A stretch of 64,000 nucleotides of DNA from an uncultured Actinomycetes bacterium (GTDB lineage Bacteria; Actinomycetota; Acidimicrobiia; Acidimicrobiales; CADCSY01): positions 1,058,267 to 1,122,266 of the forward strand of contig CAWIVE010000003.1 in NCBI GenBank assembly GCA_963839545.1, written 5' to 3'. The notes under the pieces were generated by a model. That model made no database searches. It saw only the letters and a program-made list of their open reading frames with translations, and had not been told where the DNA came from. Shown piece by piece: positions 48,630 to 57,698 of this stretch. The stretch's first letter is position 1. Each line of letters begins with the position of its first letter. The translations under genes were made by a program, and so were the position numbers.

Positions 48630-49439
48630 TCAGCCGGGGATCCGGCGGACCATGGCCTCCTGGGCGAAGGAGGCGACCAGCTCGCCGCCGGCGAAGACGT
48701 CGCCCCGGCCGTAGCTGCGGCCCCCGGCCACGACGGGGCTGTGCTGGCCGACCTGGAGCCAGGCGTCGACCCGGAACGGCTGGTGGAACCACACGGTGTG
48801 GCTCGTGACCGCGGTGTGGAGCGTGACGGTGGAGTCGGCCTGGCTGATGCCCTCGAAGGGCCGCAGCGCGGTCCCGATGAGGGTGAGGTCCGTCGCGTGG
48901 GCCAGGAGGGCCTGGTGGACCGCGAGCGCACCGGACACCGGTGCGGCCCGCATCCACCAGTCGAGTCGCGGCGGACCCGACTGCCCGGTCCGTGAGGTCG
49001 ACGTCGTCCACGAGGCGGGTCTCCCACGGGACCATCCCCAGGTCGACCCCCGTGGCCTCCTCCGGCGGACCGACGTCGCGGGACGGTCGGAGCGCTGGAG
49101 ACCGTCCTCGCCGACGTGCATGGAGACGAGCGCGACGGAGATCACCTTGTCGCCCTGCTCGGCCACGACCTCGGTCGAGCCGAAGGTCCGGCCGTCCTGC
49201 AGCTTCGTCACCCGGTAGCGCATCGGCTTGGTCGTGTCGCCCTCCCGGGGGAAGAGCACGTGGATCGACTTCACCGCCTTCTCGGGCGACGCGGCCGCGG
49301 CCGCAGCGACGACCTGGGCGAGGATCTGCCCGCCGAACACCCGGTGGTACCCGATGTCCAGGTTCCGGCCCTCCACCACCCCGGGCTCGACCTCGGTGAG
49401 GGCGAGGCAGGCGACGAGGTCGTCCTGGTCGAAGGCCAC
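48630..49439 (-). CDS. Acyl-CoA thioesterase II (TesB-like double hot-dog); ORF open but with an internally out-of-frame ~40-codon segment
   Basis: 269-aa ORF with NLDIGYHRVFGGQILAQ and LLAHATDLTLIGTAL. The stretch ATSVRRRRPRGSTWGWSRGRPASWTTSTSRTGQSG is nonsense. An alternative frame there reads PSRDVGPPEEATGVDLGMVPWETRLVDDVDLTDRAVG, which implies two compensating indels near 49090 and 48975. Confidence 0.75.
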   Translation of the reverse strand: MAFDQDDLVACLALTEVEPGVVEGRNLDIGYHRVFGGQILAQVVAAAAAASPEKAVKSIHVLFPREGDTTKPMRYRVTKLQDGRTFGSTEVVAEQGDKVISVALVSMHVGEDGLQRSDRPATSVRRRRPRGSTWGWSRGRPASWTTSTSRTGQSGPPRLDWWMRAAPVSGALAVHQALLAHATDLTLIGTALRPFEGISQADSTVTLHTAVTSHTVWFHQPFRVDAWLQVGQHSPVVAGGRSYGRGDVFAGGELVASFAQEAMVRRIPG

Positions 49440-49442
49440 CCG

Positions 49443-50662
49443 TCAGCCCTCCTTCGAGAGCAGCATGGCGCCGGCGATCGGGCCGCCGCCGTTGGCGACC
49501 GCGGCCACCTCGACGTCCTTGCGCGGTGACCTGGCGGTCGCCGGCCTCGCCCCGCAGCTGGAGGCACGGCCTCGTGGATGAAGCCGAAGCCGTGGAGCCG
49601 GCCGGCGGACAGCTGGCCGCCGTGGGTGTTGAGGGGCAGCTCGCCGTCGAGGCGATGCGGTGGCCCCCCTCGACGAACGGACCGCTCTCGCCCTTCCCGC
49701 AGAAGCCCAGCGCCTCGAGCCAGGTCATGGCCAGGAAGCAGAACCCGTCGTACAGCTCGGCCACGTCGACGTCGGCCGGCTTCAGGTCGGTGCGGGTCCA
49801 CAGGTGGGCGCCCGGCGTCCCGGGCCGCCATCGTCGTCAGGTCGTCGAACTGGTCCCACGACGGCCGGCCCTGCAGGGCGGTGCCGACCGCCTCGACCCG
49901 GGCCACCGGGTGGTCGACGTCCGGCGCGTGGTCGGCGGCCGAGACGATCAACGCGGTCGAGCCGTCGACCGGGGCGTCGCAGTCGAACAGCCGGAAGGGC
50001 GTGGTGATCATCCGGCGCGGCGAAGTAGTCGTCGAGCGTCATCGGCTCCCGGTAGACCGCCTTGGGGTTGAGCCTCGGCGTTCCGGCGACCGTTGAGGGC
50101 GATCATCGCCAGCTGCTCGGTCGTGGTGCCGTACTCGTGGAAGTGGCGGTGGGCACGTGAGCGCCAGCCAGTTCGCCGCCGAGTAGGCCCGGAACGGGAT
50201 GTTCCACTGGAAGGCGCCGCCCATGCGAGGCGCGCGCCACCGCCGCACCCGCCGAGCCCCCCAGCGCCGATGCCCTGGCGCCCGCCGCTGCCCTGGCCGG
50301 TGGACTCGGTCACGGTGCGGTAGACGAGGACGTGGCGGGCCAGGCCCGCACCCACGGCCAGCACCGCGTTCACGACCGCCGCCAGCTGCGCCGCGCCCTC
50401 GATCCCGCCGGTGTGCCAGCGCACCTTCAGGCGGAGGGCGTCCTGCACCTCGGGCGTGCCCGGGCCCGAGAAGCCGGGCCCGCGCCACCGCCGCCGCCGG
50501 GGTAGGTGGCGATGCCGTCGATGTCGGCCGGGGTGAGGCCGGCGTCGGCGATGGCCTCGAGGGCGGCGTCGATGGTGAGGTCGAGCCCGGTCCGGCCCAG
50601 GCGCCGCCCCACGTCGGACTGGCCGATGCCGGAGATGACGGACCGCCGCTCGAAGTCGGTCA
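49443..50662 (-). pseudogene. SCP-x/Ltp-type (non-specific lipid-transfer) thiolase, ~9 frameshifts
   Basis: The pieces, in order, are MTDFERRSVISGIGQSDVGRRLGRTGLDLTIDAALEAIADAGLTPADIDGIATYPGGGG / PGFSGPGTPEVQDALRLKVRWHTGGIEGAAQLAAVVNAVLAVGAGLARHVLVYRTV / MGGAFQWNIPFRAYSAANWLA / RAHRHFHEYGTTTEQLAMIALNGRRNA. They continue LNPKAVYREPMTLDDYFAA / MITTPFRLFDCDAPVDGSTALIVSAADHA.. / AHLWTRTDLKPADVDVAELYDGFCFLAMTWLEALGFCGKGESGPFVEGG / LDGELPLNTHGGQLSAGRLHGFGFIHEAV / LQLRGEAGDRQV / KDVEVAAVANGGGPIAGAMLLSKEG*. Confidence 0.8.
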
Positions 50663-51079
50663 TGACCCCGCGGCTCGGGGGTGAACAGGGGGAACCACAC
50701 GTCGCCGTGCTGCTCGAAGACGACCCGCACCGGCATGCCGATGCGGACCTCGTCCGGCGGGCAGCCGACGAGGTTGGTCGTGAGGCGGAGGCCCTCCTGC
50801 TCGGGGAAGGCGACGAGCACGATGGCGTAGGGCTCGGTCGCCGCCGTCCCACGGCTGGTGGTTGACCGTGACGCTGTGGACCTCGCCGCGGCCGCTCACG
50901 GCCTCGGGCGCCACGGTCCCGGCTGCCGCACTCGGGGCAGCGGGGGAGCGGCGGGTGGAGGTAGTAGCCGCAGGACCGGCAGCGCAGGAGCCGGAGGACG
51001 GCCGTCGGCGCCCGAGGTCCAGAAGAAGCGGTTGTCGTCGTCCAGGACGGGGCAGGACCCGGAAGGGCGTGTCCGACAA
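50660..51079 (-). pseudogene. DUF35 (Zn-ribbon plus OB-fold) thiolase-partner protein, ~5 frameshifts
   Basis: LSDTPFRVLPRPG / LDDDNRFFWTSGADGR / LRLLRCRSCGYYLHPPLPRCPECGSRD / VAPEAVSGRGEVHSVTVNHQPW / YAIVLVAFPEQEGLRLTTNLVGCPPDEVRIGMPVRVVFEQHGDVWFPLFTP. The expected stop overlaps the thiolase ATG as ATGA if one G is restored. Confidence 0.75.
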
Positions 51080-51082
51080 GGA

Positions 51083-52386
51083 CTAGGCGCTGGCCTTGTG
51101 CGCCGCAGCCATGCGCTCGGCCAGCGTCATGGCGGTGACGATGCCCGTCGTCCTGGAACTTCCCCGTGCCGTGGCTCACCGGCGTGGTGTCGACGTCGGT
51201 GGCCTGCGCCCGGAGGGCGCCCACGGTGGCCTGCTCGCGGGGGATGTGGGCGAAGGGGTCGAAGCTGAAGTTCCGCATGGCGTTGAGGTGGGTGATCTGG
51301 TCGATCTCCTCGTCGGGCACGCCCTCGAGGTACTGCATCGCCATGCTCGGGGGCGTTGGGCCAGGTGCGAGTCGGAGTGGGGGTAGTCGCACTCCCAGTG
51401 GATGTGGTCGAGGTTGAGGTGGTGGCGCACCTCCATGCCGACGGCGTCGTCGATGAAGCAGGTGAGGACGTTCTCGTTGAACACCTCGCTCGGGAGCTTG
51501 TCGCCGAAGTCCTGGTTCGTCCACGCGTGGTGGTGCTGGTAGACGTAGTCGATCCGCTCGAGGAAGTACGGCACCCAGCCGATGCCGCCCTCGCTGAGCG
51601 CGATCTTCAGGTTCGGGAACTTCCGGAACACCGGCGACCACACCAGGTCGGCCGCGCACTGGACGATGTTCATCGGCTGCAGCGTGATCATCGTGTCGAT
51701 CGGCGCGTCCATGGCCGTGATGACGGTCTGCGGACGACGAGCCGATGTGCAGGCAGATCACCGTGCCCACCTCCTCGCAGGCGCGGAGGAAGGGGTCCCA
51801 GTGGTCGCTGTGCCAGCTCGGGAGCCCCAGCTTCTCCGGGTTCTCCGAGAAGGTGACCGCGTGGCAGCCCTTCTCGGCCATGCGCCGCACCTCGGCGGCC
51901 ATGAGCTCGGGGTCCCAGACGGGCGGGACGAGCAGCGGGATCATGCGCCCCGGGTAGGTGCCGCACCAGTCCTCGACGTGCCAGTCGTTGTAGGCCCGCA
52001 GCAGCTCGATGGCGATGTCCTTGTCGTCGCAGGTGGAGAAGAGCTGGCCCGTGAACCCGGCGATGCTGGGGAAGTTGAGCGACCCGAGCACGCCGTTGAC
52101 GTTCATGTCGCGGATGCGCTCGTGGATGTCGTAGCACCCGGCCCGCATCTCCGAGAACGCGAGCGGGTCGAGCCCGTACTCCTCCGGCACCCGCCCGGCG
52201 ACGGCGTTGAGCCCGACGTTGGGCAGGGCCGAGCCCTCGAACATCCAGACCTCCCGGCCCGTTCTCGAGGGTCTGGATGAACGGGGCCCGCTCGGCCGCC
52301 TTCGCCGACAGGCGACCCTCGAACAGGTCGGGCGGCTCGACGACGTGGTCGTCGACGCTCACCAGGATCAGATCGTCGACCTGCAT
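51083..52386 (-). pseudogene. Amidohydrolase (PF04909-like, ~434 aa), ~4 frameshifts
   Basis: MQVDDLILVSVDDHVVEPPDLFEGRLSAKAAERAPFIQTLENG / MFEGSALPNVGLNAVAGRVPEEYG...RAYNDWHVEDWCGTYPGRMIPL...FSENPEKLGLPSWHSDHWDPFLRACEEVGTVICLHIGSSS / MDAPIDTMITLQPMNIVQCAADLVWSPVFRKFPNLKIALSEGGIGWVPYFLERIDY...HIHWECDYPHSDSH / PSMAMQYLEGVPDEEIDQITHLNAMRNFSFDPF... / IVTAMTLAERMAAAHKASA*. Confidence 0.8.
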
Positions 52387-52423
52387 TGGCAGTCCCCCTC
52401 GTGCGGCGTTGCGGCCCCGTCAG

Positions 52424-52439
52424 ATGACGTGACTGTTAG
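52424..52439 (-). promoter_or_regulatory. Operator-like site (site 11)
   Basis: Reads CTAACAGTCACGTCAT on the minus strand. It is centred in the 90-bp divergent gap, 37 nt from both ATG 52386 (amidohydrolase) and ATG 52477 (tandem TetR). Confidence 0.5.
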
Positions 52440-52476
52440 ATGTACCACGGTGCCGGCGCAGGTATCTTCCCTGCAA

Positions 52477-53748
52477 ATGGACCTCGGCATCGATCGGCGG
52501 GCCGCCGTTCGGGAGCAACCCGCTGGTCGGCGAGCGGGGGACCGACACGCAGCGCCGGATCCTCGAGGCGAGCGCTGTCGGTCTTCGGCGAGGTGGGCTT
52601 CAGCCGAGGCCCGGGTCGAGCTGATCGCCGAGGCGCGCCGGCTGCTCCCGACCGGCCTTCTACCAGTACTTCTCGTCGAAGGACGACGTCTTCTGGGTGC
52701 TGGCGGCCGAGCTGGGCCGGGAGATGGTGGCCCTGGCGGAGCGGCTGGAGGCGGTCACGCCCGACGCCGACGGGCTGCCGCCACCTCACGACGTGGATCG
52801 GCGTACTTCATGGACCTGCACGAGGCGTGGGCGCCCGTGTTCGACTCGTTCCAGGCCGCCAGCCGCGACCACGAGCGCCGTCGGAAGGGCTCCAGCGGCA
52901 TCAGCGACCGCACCGGTTCGGCGCTCCTGCGGGCCTTCGGCGTCGGGGGCGAGCGGGACACCACCGTGGTCACCGGCGCTCGTCGCCGTGCTGATCCGGT
53001 GCAGCTTCTACGCCGAGCACACCTCCAGCGCCATGGACAAGCAGCCGCTCGTCGAGGGCTTCGCGCTGCTCCTGCACCGGGTCTTCCACGGCCCGATCGA
53101 GGGGGTCAACCTCGACCGCACCGCGTCGCCCCATCGGACGCAGCCGGATCCCGGGCTGCCCGAGACCACGGCCGACACCAGGCCCATGCGGCGTCGTGGC
53201 GAGCAGACCCGTCAGCGCCTCCTCGACGCCGGCGCCGCGGTGCTGCCCCGACTGCGGCTACCACGACACCCGGGTGGACGACATCGTGGCGGCCGCCGAG
53301 GTCAGCCACGGCACCTTCTACCGGTACTTCGGGAACAAGGACGACTTCTTCCGGGTGCTGGCCGAGACGGCGAGCGGGCGGATGCTCGACGCTCGTCGAC
53401 GAGCCTGCGCATCGACGCCAGCCCGGAGGACCTGCGCACGTGGCTGCGGATCTGGTTCGACAGCTACGAGGCCGACGGCGGCGTCATCAGCACGTGGCAG
53501 GAGATGCAGTGCGAACGACGGGCTGGCCGAGTTCTCCCGGGTGGTGGCCGCCTCGGTGTTCACCGCGCCTCGCGCGGGTGCTCGAGGAGCGGGACTTCGG
53601 CGACCCGGCCACCGACGCCCTCGTGCTCCTGGCCCTGATCGAGCGGGTGCCCTACAGCGTCTACACCCTGCGCTTCAGCACGGCCGACGAGGCCATCGAG
53701 TCCATGGTGACCATCCTCCGCAGGGGCTTCCTCGGCGCCAAGGCCTAG
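52477..53748 (+). pseudogene. Tandem (two-domain) TetR-family regulator, ~423 codons, >=12 frameshifts
   Basis: Repeat 1 reads GTDTQRRILEASAV / VFGEVGFS / EARVELIAEA.. / AFYQYFSSKDDVFWVLAAELGREMVALAERLEAVTPDADGLPP / LTTWIGV / MDLHEAWAPVFDSFQAAS...TTVVTGA / LVAVLIRCSFYAEHT...LLLHRVFHGPIEGVNLDRTASPHRTQPDPGLPETTADTRPMRRRGEQTRQRLLDAGAAVLP. That last piece already enters repeat 2 with no stop. Repeat 2 continues DCGYHDTRVDDIVAAAEVSHGTFYRYFGNKDDFFRVLAETASGRMLD / LRIDASPEDLRTWLRIWFDSYEADGGVISTWQEMQ / ANDGLAEFSRVVAASVFT / RLARVLEERDFGDPATDALVLLALIERVPYSVYTLRF...GFLGAKA*. Confidence 0.7.
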
Positions 53749-53754
53749 CTGGCC

Positions 53755-54865
53755 ATGGACTTCGAGTTCACCGAGGACCAGCTCGACCTCCGCGAGGCGG
53801 CGCGGTCCGTGCTCGCCGCGGCCTGCCCTCCGTCCCTCGTCCGAGCGGTGCACGAGGGGACCGGGGACGGCGCCGCGCTGTGGCGCACGCTGGTCGAGCA
53901 CGACTGGCCGGCCCTCGGGCTCCCCGAGGACGCCGGCGGACTCGGGCTCGGCTTCGTGGAGGTCGGCATCCTCGTCGAGGAGCTCGGCCGGGTCGCCGCC
54001 CCGTCGCCCTACCTGGCGACGGTCACCCAGCTGGTCCCTGCGCTGCGCGAGGCGGGGAGCACCTCCCTCCTCGGCGAGATCGCGTCGGGGGCCGTCACCG
54101 GGTCCCTGGCGCTGGCCGAGGACGGCCGCTGGGACCTCGACGGGGTGGCGACGACGGCCCGGGGGACGGCGCGGCGTGGGTCCTCGACGGCGTGAAGACG
54201 CACGTCATCGACGCCGGCACCGCCACCGAGCTCGCCGTCGTCGCCCGGGGCGATGCCGGCCTCGGGTGTGTTCGTGGTGCCGACGTCGGCCGTCCGTTGC
54301 TCCACGCCACAGCCGCTCGATCCCACCCTCCCCTTCGGCACCGTGACGCTGCGGGGCACATCCGTCCAGGGGGAGCGGGTGCTGATCGAGCCGGGCGACC
54401 CTCGAGCGGAGGTCGTCCTCGACGCGCGTGCTCGAGCAGGCGACGACCGCGATCGCCCTGTCGACGGTCGCCACCTCACGGGCGATCTTCGAGACGACCC
54501 TCCAGTACGCGAAGGATCGCGAGCAGTTCGGCCGCCCGATCGGGTCCTTCCAGGCCCTCAAGCACCGCCTGGCGGAGTGCTACCTCGCCGTCGAGCGGGC
54601 GTCGGCCCTCGCCTGGTTCGCCGCCCTCACGATCGCCGAGGACGACGACCGCCGCGCGACGGCGACGGCGATGGCGAAGGCGGCGGCGGGGGAGTGCCAG
54701 CGGCTCCTGACCCGGGACGGGCTCCAGCTCCACGGTGGTGTCGGCTTCACCTGGGAGCACGATCTCCACTTCCTCCTCAAGCGGGCCATGGCCGGGGACC
54801 TCCTCTTCGGCACCGCCGCCACCCACCGGGCCCGGCTCGCCTCCCTGCTGGGGCTGGTGGCATGA
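53755..54865 (+). pseudogene. Acyl-CoA dehydrogenase family protein (small-subunit type), three frameshifts
   Basis: ORF 53755..54195 reads MDFEFTEDQLDLREAARSVL...LGLPEDAGGLGLGFVEVGILVEELGRVAAP...DGVATTARG. It continues DGAAWVLDGVKTHVIDAGTATELAVVARGDAGLG, then VFVVPTSAVRCSTPQPLDPTLPFGTVTLRGTSVQGERVLIEPGDPRAEVVLDA. It ends with LEQATTAIALSTV...REQFGRPIGSFQALKHRLAE...LHGGVGFTWEHDLHFLLKRA...GLVA* in ORF 54428..54865. Confidence 0.8.
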
Positions 54866-56070
54866 AGCTCCGGTTCGACGACGAGGTCGAGCGGTTCCGC
54901 GCCGAGTGGCTCCAGTGGCTGGCGGCCAACCGACCGAGTCCTGACGAGATGGCAGCCGAGCCGTCCGTCTCGACCGGCCACGCCCCGGGGTGGGCCCGCC
55001 GCTGGACGAGGGCGATGTTCGACGCCGGTTGGCTGGTTCCGGGCTGGCCGCCCGAGCGCGGCGGCCGGAACGCAGGACCGATCGAGACGCTGGTGTACCT
55101 CGAGGAGCTGGCCCGGGCCCGGGTGCCGAGGACCACGAACGTGCAGGGCCTCGGCATCATCGCCCCGTCGATCCTGGACTACGGCACGCCCGACCAGGTC
55201 GAGCGGTACGCCATGCCGATCCTGCGGGGCGAGGCCACCGCCTGCCTCGGGATGAGCGAGCCCGGGGCCGGGTCCGACCTCGCCTCGCTCTCCACCCGCG
55301 CCGTCCGCGACGGCGACGACTGGGTGATCGACGGGCAGAAGGTCTGGACCTCCGGGGCCAACTACGCCGACTTCTGCTTCCTGTTCTGCCGGACGAACCC
55401 CGATGTCCCCAAGCACAAGGGGATCTCGATCGTCCTGGTGCCGATGGACACCCCGGGCGTCACCGTCCGGCCGTTGCCCGAGATCGTGCACCCGCAGCAC
55501 CCCGATCTGAACGAGGTCTTCCTCGACGATGTCCGGGTCCCCGCGGGGAACCTCGTGGGGGAGCTCGACAACGGGTGGGCCATGGCCAACGGGTCCCTGG
55601 CCCACGAGCGGGGCATGGTGTGGGTGTCCGCGGTGATGGGCCTCGAGGAGTCGCTCGGCCGCCTGCGGGACGAGGCACCGGCGGCGCTCGACCGCCTTCC
55701 GCCCCTCGAGCGGGCCCTGGCCGTCGACCAGATCGTCCGGATGGCGATCGACACCCAGGCGGCGCGGTGCCTCGGCTACCGCGGGTTCGCCAAGCTGGCC
55801 CGGGGGGGCACCGCACCCGAGCAGGCCCTGATGAAGCTCTTCGCCAGCGAGGCCCGGCAGCGCATCGCCCTGGTGGCCACGGAGGTGCACGGCGCCGGTG
55901 CCCTCGAGGTGGGGACCGTCGCCATGGACGGCCACGTCGCCGTCGACGAGCCCCAGGGCACCTGGGCCGAGCAGTACCTCCAGTCCTTCGCCAACACCAT
56001 CTCGGCCGGCAGCTCGGAGATCCAGCGCAACATCATCGCCGAGCGGGTCCTCGGCCTCCCTCGTGGCTGA
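54862..56070 (+). CDS. Acyl-CoA dehydrogenase (large-subunit type, 402 aa)
   Basis: Tail of ORF 54253..56070 from ATG 54862, which overlaps the partner stop as ATGA. MKLRFDDEVERFRAEWLQWL...CLGMSEPGAGSDLASL...AGSSEIQRNIIAERVLGLPRG. Confidence 0.9.
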   Translation: MKLRFDDEVERFRAEWLQWLAANRPSPDEMAAEPSVSTGHAPGWARRWTRAMFDAGWLVPGWPPERGGRNAGPIETLVYLEELARARVPRTTNVQGLGIIAPSILDYGTPDQVERYAMPILRGEATACLGMSEPGAGSDLASLSTRAVRDGDDWVIDGQKVWTSGANYADFCFLFCRTNPDVPKHKGISIVLVPMDTPGVTVRPLPEIVHPQHPDLNEVFLDDVRVPAGNLVGELDNGWAMANGSLAHERGMVWVSAVMGLEESLGRLRDEAPAALDRLPPLERALAVDQIVRMAIDTQAARCLGYRGFAKLARGGTAPEQALMKLFASEARQRIALVATEVHGAGALEVGTVAMDGHVAVDEPQGTWAEQYLQSFANTISAGSSEIQRNIIAERVLGLPRG

Positions 56071-57698
56071 CACCATCGCCCAGGCGCTGGCCGACCGGGC
56101 CGGCGACGATCGTGGCGGCATCCGCACCGACGAGGGCACGTGGAGCTGGGGCTCGGTGGTGGAGGAGTCGGCCGCCCGGGCCGCGCGCTTCGTCGGAGCT
56201 CGGGGTCGCCGGCCGGCACGTCGGGGTGCTGCTGCCGAACGTCCCCGAGTTCGTGTTCCTGCTGGGCGCGGCGGCGCTCAGCGGCTCGGTGGTCGTCGGC
56301 ATCAACCCGACGAGGAGGGGTGCCGAGCTGGCGCGGGACATCCGTCACACCGACTGCGCGCTCGTGCTCACCGACGTCGCCCAGGCGCCGCTGCTCGCCG
56401 GCCTCGACCTCGGGTGCGACGTGCGGGTCGTCGACGACGGGGCCTGGCTGAGAGACGTGGGCGTCCACCGCGGCGCACCGCTCCCGTCCACCCTCCCGCC
56501 ACCGGAGGCGCTGTACCTGCTCCTCTTCACCTCCGGGTCGACCGGAGCCCCGAAGGCGGTCCGGATGACCTCGGGGCGGGCGGCGCGGACACCGTCCGGC
56601 TCGGCCGCGGCGTTCGGCGGCGACGCCGTCCTCTACTGCTCGATGCCGCTCTTCCACGGGAACGCGCTGCTGGCCAACCTCTTCCCGGGACTGATCGCCG
56701 GGTCCACGGTGGTCCTCAAGGAGCGGTTCTCGGCGTCGGCCTTCCTGCCGGACGTCCGGCGTCACGGGTGCACCTACTTCAACTACGTCGGCCGCGCCCT
56801 CTCGTACATCCTCGCCCAGCCCGAGACCCCGGACGACGCCGACAACGCCCTCCAGTGGTGCCTCGGGTCCGAGGCCTCACCGCGGGACCGGGCGGAGTTC
56901 CAGCGGCGGTTCGGCTGCCTCGTCGTGGAGGGGTACAGCTCGAGCGAGGGCGGCGTGGTGATCCAGCCCTTCAGCGGCATGCCGAGGGGTGCGCTCGGGC
57001 GCCCCGCCCCGGGGACGGACGTGGTCGTCCTCGACCCCGACACCGGGCGCGAATGCCCTCGCGCCGAGCTCGGGCCGGACGGGCAGCTGCGCAACGCCGC
57101 CGAGGCGGTGGGGGAGATCGTCGGACGGAGCGGTGGGTCCTTCGAGGGGTACTACGACAACGAGGCGGCGAACGCCGAGCGGACCCGCGAGGGGTGGTAC
57201 TGGTCGGGTGACCTCGGCTACGTCGACGGGGACGGCACGTTCTGGTTCGCGGGCAGGACGGCGGACTGGCTGCGGGTGGACGGCGAGAACTTCGCCGCCG
57301 GTCCGGTGGAGGCCGTGCTCGGGCGGTACCCCGGGGTCCGCTCGGTGGTGGTGTACGGCGTCCCCGACCCCCGCACCGGCGACCAGGTGATGGCCTCGCT
57401 CGAGCTGGACGACGGCGCCGCGTTCGACCCGGAGGACTTCGCCTCGTTCCTGGTCGAGCAACCCGACCTCGGTACGAAGTGGGCGCCGAGGTTCGTCCGC
57501 GTGGTCGATGCGATCCCCCTCACCGCCACGGGGAAGGTGGATCGCAAGCCGTTGCGGGCCGAGCGGTGGACGACGGCCGACCCGGTGTGGTGGCGACCGG
57601 CACGCGACGGGGGCTACCGGAGGCTGACCGAGGCGGACGTCGCCCGCCTCCACGACGAGTTCGCCACCGCCGGGCGGAGCACGGTGCTGTCGTCGTGA
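56063..57698 (+). pseudogene. AMP-dependent acyl-CoA synthetase/ligase, one frameshift
   Basis: GTG 56063 gives VADTIAQALADRAGDDRGGIRTDEGTWSWGSVVEESAARAARFV. An extra G near 56199 shifts the frame, after which it continues ELGVAGRHVGVLLPNVPEF...LLFTSGSTGAPKAV...WYWSGDLGYVDGDGTFWFAGRTADWLR...TATGKVDRKPLR (ORF 54990..57698). Confidence 0.85.

Noticed and set aside
48900-54450. Programmed ribosomal frameshifting or other recoding as the explanation for the frame changes
   Set aside because: There are far too many events (up to one per ~80 nt), in both +1 and -1 directions, with no shared slippery heptamer or downstream structure. They occur in unrelated gene families.
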